Notes: a model not told the origin generated them from the letters alone. A stretch of DNA of 64,000 nt from Batkoa obscura (GCA_030770535.1 JASVEC010000027.1:682001-746000); one strand, 5' to 3'. Shown: positions 51,630 to 63,723, counted from the first letter of the stretch. Numbers and translations: made by a program.

Positions 51630-53096
51630 ATGAAAAGACATAATACCAAAATTACACTAGAAAAGGTAAATAAAAGAAATGCAATTATGAGACCAGAATA
51701 TAGTGGTAGTACTCTAAAACTATTTAACTCAAAATATTATCGTGGGTATACTATCCCATATTCAAAACCCAAAGAAATTGGGCATTTTTGTTATGACAAT
51801 AAACGAGAATTTAAATATGGTAATTCAGAAATGGTAATTTTTTTATTTGATTTAAAAATCATAGTAAATATGACATTAAAGCGTTATTACTATCCTACAG
51901 ATTTGAATTATGGAAACTTAGCTAATGGCTTTGAGAAGTATATAGACCGTGATACTTCAAAACCGGAGAATTTGGATGGATTGCTTAAATTTTTGATTAA
52001 TTCAAATCATCCTGAGGTTTCAAATAAAATAGATTTTGTAATTATATACTCTAAATCTAAAATTTTGCTATAATATTATTAATAGATCCTTTATAGAGGA
52101 GTTATGACACGGATTTTGATAGCACCATACCAGAACAGAGAAGGTATGAAATTGGAAATAATTAAACTTAATGTAAGAAAAAAAAAACTTAATCAGAATT
52201 TTATTAACGAAGTGTTATAAAAATAGAATATAATTTACATAAACGATATAAAAGTTAAAGAACAAGATGTGTCAGAGAAAAATAAAATGTTTTGCTTTTA
52301 TGGCTACAAATTTGAGACTTTATCTACAATACCAAAGCCCACTAATGATAAGGAGGAACTTGAGAAAATGCTTAAAGAGAGATCAAATGAAATAGTAGAT
52401 AATCATGTTGAGTCTGCTTCAGTATTTGAAACTAAATTGGGTGAACATTCTCTTTTAATGGGAGCTGAAGTCGACTGTATAGACGGTAAATTTATGATCA
52501 TATTAACATTAAAATATTTAAGTATTTTCAATAAGATACGAATGATAATAGTTATGTTGAATTGAAAACATCTAGAATCATTGAAAATGAAAAACAACAA
52601 TTTTCTTTTGAAAGGTAAACCATTTGTATTTAACAGTTTTAAGTCTAATACTATTTTAAAAGGTATAAATTATTGAAATTTTGGGCCCAATCTTATCTTG
52701 CGGGTATACCTAAGATAGTGGTCGGTTTTAGGGATGACAATGGAATATTGAAACAGATCAAAACTTTAAATACATTAGAAATACCGAACATGGTAAAAGG
52801 AAAAAGAAGTGAATGGGTAATACAAATTAATTTGTGTTTTTGCATTATAATGTATATTTATTTAGAACCCAAATGTATGTTTATGTTTTGCAAATGATTT
52901 TTTTAACTGGCTAAAGCAAAATATTAGTGGTAATAGTCAGAGTAATTATTATGTTGTAAATTATGATTCAAGTATTATGACATTTAACATTCAAAAAGAA
53001 AGCAATTCTTGTGAATTTTTGCTTATAGAATATCTAAATTCAATCAAGAGTTTTAATGATGGTGATGATATTAAAGGTTCATTGGGAAATAAATAA
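51630..53096 (+). CDS. RAI1: Rai1/DXO-family decapping nuclease, multi-exon
   Basis: [51 protein letters not shown]. Confidence 0.92.
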
Positions 53097-53846
53097 GATC
53101 AACTAAAGTTTTTTATATTTTCAAATATTGTAACCATATTGTTAATACTGAATATTGTTCAAATTTACATGCAAATTTTATTCAAAAAAATTAAGTTTCT
53201 AATGTAATAATTTAAAGTAAAGAAATGATTGAGAGGTATAAAATAGATAGATTTAGCATTATTTAAAAAATGAACTTTTTTTAAATATATCATATAATGT
53301 GAGATATGTAGTTTAATTAAACTAAAAAATCTTAAATCAAACACGTTAACTTAGATGATCTTTACTTGAAACAAAAACCCTTAATATATAAATAAAACAG
53401 TTTATAAATATAAATAATTTTTTGTTTACTTTTTTATTTGTTGTGTTGTATAAATTAAAACCCTTAAAGTATAGATTATTTTTTTTATATAAAGTTTTTA
53501 AATATTTTGAGGAGTTGATAATAATAATAATGGAAATTTAATTTATTAACATATTGATAACTCATGCTTTTGAAAATGTATAAAATAAAATAAAATAGAT
53601 ATTATAAAATTAATTTAAATAGTACAAGTAGCTTTATTTAAAATTTCATTAACTTTTATTGTTAGATACAAAGTGTAATATTCACCATTTGTCTTTGAAT
53701 AAGAACCTAAAAATAGATTTTATAGTTAAATTAATTAGAGTATTAGCAGTTTAGTAAATACTATTGGCTATTTATAAAACGTCATTTTATATACGGGTAT
53801 TTGAACTAATCTAGTTAATTGTTTAAAGCTCAAACGTTTATTTAAG

Positions 53847-55418
53847 ATGGGGGATAGTGAAAAAGAAATATATGAAGCAAAGCATATGTTAAGGAAAATA
53901 TTAGAAGTAATCTATTAAATTATAGTATTAATATCAATATTAAGTATTCAAAAGGAAACTCTTTCAATAGTTTTGGAAAATAGGCCAGAAGCTCCACTTC
54001 AGTATATTGCAGAGTGTTTACAGTCTTTACAAGCTAAAGCATACGAAGAAGAATTAAAAAATCAAAATATTAAAGTATGAATTTTATATACTAAATTGTT
54101 TATAGATAATTAATATTGGTAGGTTTTTTTAAAAGAAGTAGCTGAAGAATTACAAGACCAAACAACAGAACTTCAAGATAAATATTCATTAACACAACCT
54201 TTACGTAAAAAAATTAGACCTGATAAAGATAGGTAATTTAGTTAGTGTGACAATATCCCCTATATTTATATTTCTAGTGAAAACTTTAATTTTTCAAACG
54301 GAACTAATATCCTGTCAATAAATCAATTTCAAGATAGCAATACAGAAAATATGACCCCACTTATATCAAGAAGCTCATTAAACATAATACCACCATCATT
54401 CAATAGAACACGTAGAGGCTCCGTTTCTGCAGAATCTATACAGCCATCCGAGTTAAATCATTCAACAGCCGTTATACCAAAATCACTTGAATCTAAAATG
54501 AGAATAGCTTCAGCAACAAGCAAAAATTTGTTATTTAGAAATTTAGAAGACGAACAAAAGCAAGAAATAGTAATGACTAAAAGTTTTGTTTACTGTTTTA
54601 TTAATAAATTTGAAGGTAGATGCTATGTTTGAAAAGCTGGTTATCTCTGGCGAAGAAGTGATAAAGCAAGGTGATGAAGGAGATAATTTTTATGTTGTAG
54701 ATCAAGGCAATTTTGAGATTTTTGTAAATGACAAAAAGGTAGTTGAAGTATCTCAAGGTGGAAGTTTTGGCGAACTCGCCTTAATGTATAATGTAAGTTA
54801 ATCTCATTTATATTGTTAGAACAAATAATAGTTTAGACCCCACGTGCAGCTACTGTTAAAGCCATATCGGATGGTGTTTTATGGGCAGTTGATAGATCTA
54901 CATTTAGAAAAATTGTAACAACAAATACATTTAGAAAAAGGAGATTGTATGAATCGTTTTTACGTACAGTTCCATTACTTAGTTCTCTACAGCTTAATGA
55001 AATTGCAAAAATATCAGATGCTCTTGAGCCAGTAAATTTTTGTAAGGATGATATCATTATTGAACAAGGAAGTATGGGCGATTATTTTTATATGATTGAG
55101 TCTGGTGAGATAAGAGTAGTTAAAACTAATGAATCCGGAGAACAAATCGAGTTGCCGAATTTAAAGGTAGGAGATTATTTTGGAGGTAAGTATCATGGTA
55201 TTTAACATAAATTAAAATAATCTTAATTGTTATTAGAATTGGCTCTATTAAACGATTCGCCACGTATGGCAACAATAATTGCTCATACAGATGTTAAACT
55301 TGTAGCATTATCAAAAGATGCTTTTGTAAGACTTTTAGGGCCCGTTGTGGACATACTTAGACGTAATGAAGTAAACTATAATACAAATGATTTACAAAAT
55401 GGCTCAATTAAAGAATAG
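53847..55418 (+). CDS. BCY1: cAMP-dependent protein kinase regulatory subunit, multi-exon
   Basis: N-terminal docking-like region ([11 protein letters not shown]), RRGSVSAES inhibitor site, two cNMP domains ([26 protein letters not shown]). Confidence 0.93.
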
Positions 55419-55564
55419 TACTTTTAATAAATATTATTCGGTATAACAATAATATTGTATGTAACCTCTATTTTAAACAAGTTTTATCTTTAAGCCTATA
55501 TAAGAGATACTAATGTTAATATTAGCGTACTTTCATGAAAAAGCCTTTTATTACTTTAGTATTT

Positions 55565-55665
55565 GAGGATGTATTTTTTTTGTTTAAGAATTTTACTAAC
55601 AATCTTTCCACTCAAATAGTGCTTAAAAAATGGAAAAAGTGATGAAACCAAAAAAAAACATTACC
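55565..55665. mobile_element. MITE family A copy
   Basis: Family core; ATTT on both flanks. Confidence 0.9.
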
Positions 55666-56368
55666 ATTTATTATTTTTTATTTCTCCACTCCATAATAAC
55701 AAAACAAAAAGACATTTACATATTAAAATTGTTTTTAAACAATAAAATACAATTTACCACAAAAGTCAAAAACTTTTGCTCTCACCACTATTTTATGAGA
55801 ATGTCTTTTTTAACTTCATCTGCTTAATTTTGTACAACAGAGAATCAAAAAAATCGCAGGTACAGGAACAAAAAAGGCACTCCTATTTTTCATGTTTATG
55901 ATCCATTTGAAAATACCATAATTTTTGATGATCTCATTTTAGTATTTTAACTAACGATAAAGAATAAATTTGTTAGAAAAAATATTTAAAAAGTATTTGA
56001 AAATTATAAAATGTACTAGTTGTCAACATTACTGGTTAAAATAATCGAATTTCCATATAATATTTAATATTTAAATTCATTTGAAAAGCATTGGTTTAAC
56101 AATTTTAAATATAATCATTACTATCAAAATCTGTATTACTTTTTAGTTTTTTTATTTAGTTTTGCATGAAACATCCTAGAAAAATAGTACAGAACCTAAT
56201 CAATTATTAGTTAGAATGTTAGTGTTGAATTTCAGTTTTTAGCTTTTTTTTCCAGTTACAATTAACCAAATAACTTTTGTTTTATATTTATTTACGCAGC
56301 CAATGATATTTTTCACTGCGTAAATGAATTGATATTTAAGATTCTTATTTGAATTAATAATTTCAAAA

Positions 56369-56977
56369 ATGAAAGACGTAAAAAGTATAATAAAATTAAC
56401 TCTTGTTGATTTAGATTTATGGGATATTGATGATGAAAACTTGGAGCAAGAATCAATTTTGGAATACCTGTTAGATGAAATCAATGAATTGAGCACTGAA
56501 AGCTATGATATGATGAAACTAAAATCAAAGATCAATGATTGCTTTGAAGATTTTGGCCTTAATGGAAAATATGACTCTGATGAACAAATTGTTGAAAAAT
56601 TCTCAAGAGTATTAAGTACTAGATTATTTGATAATCAATCTTATGGTGATGAAGTCCCCGAAGAAGTTGACGTTTTTGCTAAACATACTTGTGAGCTTTG
56701 TAAAAGAATATGCCCATTAACTTTCCATCATTTAATACCTAAAGAAACTCATTCTCAAATGTTGAAAAAAGGTCTCTTTGATAAAGAATATATGAGAACT
56801 CACGGTGCAAATATATGTAGAATGTGTCACTCTGCTGTCCATAGAACATTTTCTAATAAAAAACTGGCTCTAGAATTTAATACTGTTGAAAAACTGTTAT
56901 CTAACGATGATATTCAAAAATGGATCAAATTTGCTGAACGGCAAAAAGTTCGAATTAAATACTTTCGTTCAATTTAA
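56369..56977 (+). CDS. HNH-like zinc-binding protein (YisB-like)
   Basis: CELCKR..LTFHHLIPK..H ... ICRMCHSAVH...LA.EFNT...L. Confidence 0.75.
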   Translation: MKDVKSIIKLTLVDLDLWDIDDENLEQESILEYLLDEINELSTESYDMMKLKSKINDCFEDFGLNGKYDSDEQIVEKFSRVLSTRLFDNQSYGDEVPEEVDVFAKHTCELCKRICPLTFHHLIPKETHSQMLKKGLFDKEYMRTHGANICRMCHSAVHRTFSNKKLALEFNTVEKLLSNDDIQKWIKFAERQKVRIKYFRSI

Positions 56978-57011
56978 ATAAAATATTATGAATTTATTTG
57001 CTTATTTTAAT

Positions 57012-57792
57012 TTATTTGTTAACAATACCGTCATACTAAAAAAAAGTTAAACATTATTTTAAAAAACTTTGATAAATTACCTTGTTCTTGAACCAGTTTA
57101 CAGCATCAGATTTTGTAAGACGATGTTGGAAACCAACACGGGACTTGCAACGCTTACGACGGGAAACACGATATCCTGGACGTCCAAGGACAACGTAATA
57201 ATCCATACCGTAAATACCAATGGAAGGATCATATTTGATACCTAAATCGATATGTTCATCGATACCGAAACCAAAGTTTCCATTATCTGAAAAGTTACGG
57301 GAATTAAGTTCATATTCTTTTACTTTAAGACCACGTTCAAGGATTTCTTCGGCTTTAGCACCACGTACAGTGACGTGTACAGCAATCTTTTCGTTACGAC
57401 GAATAGAGAAAGAACGTACAGTAAGACGGGCTTTAGAGTAAACTGGGGTTTGACCGGTAAGTTGTTCTAAAACTTTAGCAGCACGGGTTAATCTATCACC
57501 AGATTCACCGACTGAGATGTTAAGAACTAATTTTTCGATCTTAACCTCACGCATAGGGTTAGCGGCCTTTTTGGAAACTTCAGTTGCCTTTTAACATTTT
57601 AATAAATTTTATGTTCGTTTTCATGATTTGTAAATTCTGCTTCACTATTTTCAATCTTTATATACTTTAGTCCTTGATTTTTTAATGGATGTATCTGCTT
57701 TGTTATTTGGTTCATTTTATAGTTGTGTTTCTGTAATAGCTTCTGATCATCTTATACGTCTTTATAAACTAAGAGTAATAATGGCTTACCAT
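57012..57792 (-). CDS. RPL11: 60S ribosomal protein L11 (uL5), 3 exons; exon 1 codes only the ATG
   Basis: [34 protein letters not shown]...; final exon YDGIVNK*. Confidence 0.97.
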
Positions 57793-58793
57793 TTTATCTA
57801 ACTTTTCGATATGGGTAGAAGAGGATTTAAGCTAAAGGAGGTTGGATGCACCAATAACCTAGATTTGAAAGAGAACGTTTCCATCGTTATTATTTGTCAA
57901 TTTGACTAGACTAGACTATAAGCTATTTTAACTGCTGCTATTAAATTGCATAAAATACCAACTTTAATTTTGTGCAAATTAAAATAAGTTCGTTGATACA
58001 TAATAAAAGTAACATAATGAGAAATAAGTATGCATAGGTATTAATATATTAAATTAAATTGATTCCAAATGGCACTATACGCTATGAAAATTATTATTAT
58101 GTTATATTGTTACTTCGAAATATATCAGAACTAGTTTTTTTTAAATAATCAATGATAATAAATTAGATAGTAAAGTATCTTTTATTTTGATATTTAGTTT
58201 ACTTATGCAAAAAAAGGTTAATTGAAAGTTAAACTATAGATAAAAAGTACATCCTCACATATACGTGGTAACTTTATAATCAATATATACTTGCACCATA
58301 TGCTTCGTCAATATATCTTAAAATAGATAATGATGTAATGGTATAAAAAATAAAAGTTGTTATAAAGACAAAAAACACATATGAAAAAACGAAAATAGCA
58401 ACATTTGAGCGTTATTGTTATATATTTCATACTTTATATTTACTTAATAAAAACATTAATGCTTTTAAATATATTTAATTATGTAGTCACCAAACGAATT
58501 GAAGTAACAAAATAATAATATCAAAAATTAACGATAGTAAAAATTAATGATATAATAGCTTTTACACTCCCAGATATTTTTCAATCAAATATATAACAAT
58601 CAAATTAATATACATTTATACGACTTTATCTAAAAATGTTAAAGAAAAAGGGTCAAAGTTAAATGAGCCATTATAAATTCAAAACGTATATCAAAATCAA
58701 CTTATGTTGGCTATATTCTCTTGCTTCGATATCTAGAAAATACTAACTTACTTAGTTTTATTTGAATGATATGGTTATAGTAATTGATATACA

Positions 58794-58836
58794 AATTTTT
58801 AGTTTTTAGTTTTTAGTTTTTAGTTTTTAGTTTTTT
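58794..58836. repeat. (TTTTTAG)n simple repeat
   Basis: About five tandem 7-mers. Confidence 0.8.
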
Positions 58837-59747
58837 TTAAACATTCTTAAAAATAAAGTTAGCTTCGTTTAAATTAATTATCTCATATAAGTAATCAAAT
58901 GGTATTGAATTAATAGCTATACCGAACATTTTCTTTAGGTGGACATTTGTTTTTAATTTTATAAACGCTTTCTCTGGGTGGCTATTGACAAATAGTTTAT
59001 GTTTTAATTTCAGTTTTAGTTCCCGTAATAGTAACGCGAGGAAAGCCATAAGTTTCAATTTTGGTCTCGATAGAAGTAAAACTATGAAACAGGACTACTT
59101 TCTACGTTAGTTTCATCCTTGTTGTTGATGAATCCACTTACAATCTTTATTTTATATTTTTTACAGTTTTTTATGAGATAGGGGTATATGCTTGTAGAGA
59201 TATTATAATGATTTCTGCTTTAGTCTCAACTCTAATTCCAACTTCGGTTGATTAATGAATTGAATAGTCAGGGTCAGGGTCAGGCTAGAGTGGTTTTTCG
59301 ATTACACTTTGACTTGATGTAATCGTAACTGTTGACCCTGGTGATCATGATTATGGTAGCTAGCTGCTGATATAAATCAACCTATGTTTAAAATAGAAAT
59401 TAAGTTAAAGTAATTTATAGTTTATTAGAAACATTAAATTTTCAGTTTATTAAAAACAAAAAAAACAAAAAAACTAAACTTGAGTCGTTTGGTTTATTAT
59501 GTATACTATCAACCCAATAAGCTGTTGTTTATACAGGGTGCCTAAAGTTTTTATGAGTGTTTTTAAGGCAGTATAATTTTGAAAGAAAAATAAATAAGAT
59601 AATGATGTTAATAAACATAGTTTGAAATAGTTTTTTTTCATTAGTTTTGATTTTTGCATTAATAGCATCAAAAATAAAGTTACTAATGTTGAAACAAAAT
59701 GGCTTAAAATAAAAGTTACTACTTTGTAGCTTATCATTTAAATATAT

Positions 59748-59842
59748 GGGGGTATTTTTTTTGGTTTCATCACTTTTTCTATCCTTTAAGCACTATTTGA
59801 GTGGAAAGATTGTTAGTAAAATTCTTAGAAAAATACATCTTC
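59748..59842. mobile_element. MITE family A copy
   Basis: Family core; ATAT flanks. Confidence 0.9.
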
Positions 59843-60935
59843 ATATAATAACAGTTATAATTTATTATATAAAGTGTTTTTTTATTTGTTTTAGTCTAAA
59901 GGAAGCAAGAAGTTATTAATGTTTAAAAGGAAACAAAAAACCGTTATTTTTATATATAAAATTAACACTAAATAGCTTTATAAGAAAACTATTTTCTTTA
60001 TATAAAAGCAGATATTTATACTTTAAAAGCTCAATAAAACTTTAATTTAATAATATGATATGATAAAAAAGGCTTTGAAGTATATATTAATATTCTTTTA
60101 ATTAAAAACTACCATTAAAACGTTTAAATATTAAGTTTTTTTAATAATTAATTAAGAAATTGAAAATAAGTTTACAAAGATTTTTTTTACACTTTTTGTT
60201 AAAAGTTGTAATATTGCTTTTTTATAATGTTATTAATATAAAATTTAAAAGGAATAAACTAAGTTGTTTTAAATTATATTCATAAGTTTTATAGCTATGT
60301 TTGCTCTTTTTGCCAAATCATGTTACCTTGAAAATGCCCACATAAAGCATAGACACCCTGCAGTTTACTATTCAAAGTTTCATATAATGATAAATTATTT
60401 GATGACTCATAAAGCCTTTATAACATATAATTAAAAAAATATAGCATTTTTGTTATTAAATACTTGTATAATTTCTAAAAAAAACACAGTCATAACGCAT
60501 GGTGTTTTACTCTTAAATATTTACTACTTATAAGCATTTCAATATCTCATATCTTTAATCGAAGACTTGAGTTTTTAGATTAAACCATAACTTAATATTA
60601 ATAGTATACCTAGTTACTTCAGTGGATTATGATATATATAGAATCTATAATCATTTAAATAATTTATAGTCGCCTTGTTAAAATTATGAGGGAGCTGCTA
60701 AATAAAATAATCCCCATACTTAGCTTCTTCGCCTTGGTGTAAAATTTATATTGAAAGTATTTGATAAAAAATAAATATGTGTCATATGATTATTATAAAA
60801 AAATTTTAAAGGGCAGTAGTAATAATAAATCAGATATGAGGAATCTATTAGTTTATAATTAATTAAAGGTATTATTATTATATGATAAATATCACCATCG
60901 TTCATACAAACGCTTTATAGTAGAATTCTACTTGT

Positions 60936-61973
60936 TTGATCACAATACATTTTTTAATTATTTACTTGATACCCAATAAAAAAGCATGTTCTTTTATAGA
61001 TTATATGGGTGTGTTTTTTTTGGCTTCATTTTTTATATTTTTTAAGCGCTATTTGAGTGGAAGGATTGTTAGTAAAATTCTTAAACAAAAAATACATCAC
61101 CATATTTTAAAATTATTCCAATATAAGCAGATGATATACGCTTTTAATAAACCCGGGCAACTAAAACTGTATGGACCTATAGATTATTTGATTGATTTTA
61201 TGGAGTTAAATAGCTTACTTTTAGGAAGTTTTCAAGATATTGATAACAATACTTTAGCTCGAAGTTTAGGTGCATTTTTTATTAAGAATTCTATTGAGAT
61301 TATAAGTTATGAGGATGCGCAAAAGAGGCAGAAAGATTACCAAGGTTATGATATTACCTGGGATGACTCTATTACAGAAGGTAAAAGTGGTATGTTTCGA
61401 CCATTCATACATAATGATAAAAAATACCATCTTGAAAAAGATTTCGAAAGTGAAACTTCAATAACAGATTTTCCTGGGCTTTTAAGGTATACAAATCATT
61501 TTTATCATACTAATATAACAAAGTTGGTTAAATCTAAACGTGGTTTAAAATATCCTGAGATGTATTATACTTATAATGAAGAAATTAGCATAAGAGAAAT
61601 TGAAGAAAAAATTGGATGGAATTTATTTTGTGGTATTTTAAATTTAGATTTAGATTTTAGAAGTTTAAAGACTAAAAGTTCGTTAGAATTATTATTCTTG
61701 TCAATATCTAAAAAATTTATTGCTGTAAAAATCGAAAATAAAGATCATTCAATTGATCCTTTTATTAATACAAATATTAAATTAGTTGATAAGAAGATAA
61801 TTGAAGTCGGTTTTGGTGAGGATTGCGAATTTAAATATTCACCAGAACTATTCCGACTTGAAAGTAAAGTTTTTCCTGTTGTAATTTATCATCCTCATTC
61901 ATACCTTGTTTTAAGTTCTATAGCAAAAAACATAGACGCCTATTTAATTTCATCTATGTCTAACATACATTAA
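60936..61973 (+). CDS. Hypothetical protein, family not recognised; 5' end overlaps a MITE
   Basis: 1-kb open frame in very AT-rich DNA; candidate ATGs at 61005 (made by the MITE junction) and 61131. Confidence 0.6.
   Translation: MITIHFLIIYLIPNKKACSFIDYMGVFFLASFFIFFKRYLSGRIVSKILKQKIHHHILKLFQYKQMIYAFNKPGQLKLYGPIDYLIDFMELNSLLLGSFQDIDNNTLARSLGAFFIKNSIEIISYEDAQKRQKDYQGYDITWDDSITEGKSGMFRPFIHNDKKYHLEKDFESETSITDFPGLLRYTNHFYHTNITKLVKSKRGLKYPEMYYTYNEEISIREIEEKIGWNLFCGILNLDLDFRSLKTKSSLELLFLSISKKFIAVKIENKDHSIDPFINTNIKLVDKKIIEVGFGEDCEFKYSPELFRLESKVFPVVIYHPHSYLVLSSIAKNIDAYLISSMSNIH
61007..61101. mobile_element. MITE family A copy inserted in frame
   Basis: 95 bp plus 4-bp ATAT TSD = 99 nt. Confidence 0.9.
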
Positions 61974-62552
61974 TGAACAGTATATATATTTACAAAAGTG
62001 TTAAGTCTATGGTTATAACAATGAATAATCAAACTAAAATTGAATAAAATGGCTATACTAACTATTGTTTAAAAAATAGAAAATGTCATCATTGATGTAT
62101 TAAAAATCGAAATTATAAAAAAAATTATAATATTTACAGTTGATTTATAAGTATTGAAAAGTGCTTAGAGCACTCCGTTTTGGAGGGGAATGTTATTTTA
62201 GCATTTTTTGTTGGTACTATTTTAATATCAGTTAAAAAAATGCTAAACATCCTTAGTCATAACAGTCTTAAAATAAAATAAGATAAATATTTTGCAAATT
62301 CCAGAAAAAAACCAAGCAAATATTAAAATAAACTTTAGTTATAACCACTCTTAAAAATTTTAACTAACAGGATAAAACAGAGAATATTAAAAGCAATATA
62401 AACTCAGGAAATATTAGCACCATTTTGGTTTGATTTTAATTTTGATTTATATTAAAAACCACCAGTAAAATAAAATAATTTTTAAAGTTTGCAAAAAGTA
62501 ATTAAAAAAATTAAAAGACTATTTTAATTATTTAGAATAAGTTAATGACTAG

Positions 62553-63010
62553 TGTGAAATATTGCTTTATTTAGCTCTCAGATTGATTATAATACAACAA
62601 TCACTTAAGTTGTATTTTCAAGTTCAAACACAATCAAACCAGAGTCCCTTATTTTGATTTGCTGCGAGAATTTCTAACTTTATATTGCAAACAATATTAT
62701 CTCCTTTTAATATCCATACTTATTGGAGTATAAAAGAGATTCTTCAATATGATAACTCGAGACTTTTTAATTGGACTACTCCCTGATAACGTATCATTAA
62801 TAAAGTCACTAAGTCTTTCTGACAACATCTTATATAGATTTTACAGTAGTATCTTCCATTGTATTTGTTTACATAATTCGTAGCTTATTACGTACTATTT
62901 CTATTAAGTTAAGTCTACCTTAGTTACATAAACTAAGACCCTTCAACTCAAGGGAAGTTAATTAAGCAAGAGTAGCTTTTAACTTCGACCACTAAGGATC
63001 AACTTTCACA
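62553..63010 (-). mobile_element. Solo-LTR-like repeat, copy 4
   Basis: TGTGAAA...TTTCACA; near-identical reverse complement of copy 2 over most of its length. Confidence 0.8.
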
Positions 63011-63225
63011 CCATTAATAAAGCCACTAAGTATTATATTATTTTACGTAGACTTTACAGTAGTATCTTCTATTCTATTTATTTTATATAGTTCTTAGCTT
63101 ATTACGTACTATTCCTATTTATTTAAGTCAATCTTAGTTACATAAACTAAAAAATTTCGACTTATGGCCAGTTAAGTAAGCAAAAAACTGCTTTTAACTA
63201 CAATCACTGAGTACCAACTTTCACA
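63011..63225 (-). mobile_element. Solo-LTR-like repeat, copy 5 (5' half only)
   Basis: Directly abuts copy 4; ends GTACCAACTTTCACA. Confidence 0.7.
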
Positions 63226-63362
63226 AAATTCAGCAAAAACAGATTTATGTAATATATGTGCCCAGTATGCAGTTAGAAAAAAAATTATTTAAAAATAAAA
63301 TAAATACAGCAATGAAAAATAAAGCAAAGATATAAGAATCTTTTAATAAAAAAAGGTTATAT

Positions 63363-63460
63363 GGGGATGCATTTTTCTGTTTAAGGATTTTACTAACAAT
63401 CTTTCCACTCAAATAGCGCTTAAAAAATGAAAAAAATAATGAAACCAAAAAAACATTCCC
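63363..63460. mobile_element. MITE family A copy
   Basis: Family core; ATAT flanks. Confidence 0.9.
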
Positions 63461-63624
63461 ATATGGAAATAGGAACAAGATTAGATCCAATAAATTTAGA
63501 TCATTGTAATAAACAAGTTATATCAGTATTAGGGGTTTGGCGTTTTATATTTAAAAAATGATAAAATAATAAGCAAAGTTACTTTGATTATTTATCTGAA
63601 ATATTAAATCATGATTCAGCATAT

Positions 63625-63723
63625 GGGGATGTATTTTTTTGTTTGAGAATTTTATTAACAATCTTTCCGCTCAAATAGCGCTTAAAAAATGGAAAAAATA
63701 ATGAAACCAAAAAATACATCCTC
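63625..63723. mobile_element. MITE family A copy
   Basis: Family core; ATAT flanks. Confidence 0.9.

Noticed and set aside
7262..57441. Numerous short ORFs overlapping or antisense to real genes
   Set aside because: Shadow frames of well-supported CDSs with no independent motifs
57588..57789. snoRNA in the unusually long (~200 nt) RPL11 first intron
   Set aside because: No convincing C/D box pair (no CTGA) or H/ACA structure seen; long first introns are common in ribosomal protein genes
59268..59284. Telomerase RNA template or interstitial telomere
   Set aside because: Under three copies of TCAGGG, not TTAGGG, and it also reads as a PDPDPD coding repeat; no supporting structure identifiable by eye
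58880..59345. Alternative genetic code (TAA/TAG = Gln) or selenoprotein readthrough
   Set aside because: Conserved neighbouring genes end in TAA/TAG normally; no conserved gene shows an in-frame TGA and no SECIS-like element was seen
2042..63723. MITE family A as tRNA, SINE, ncRNA or CRISPR-like repeat
   Set aside because: Dispersed in both orientations with TIRs and TSDs; no A/B boxes, cloverleaf, poly-A tail or regular spacers
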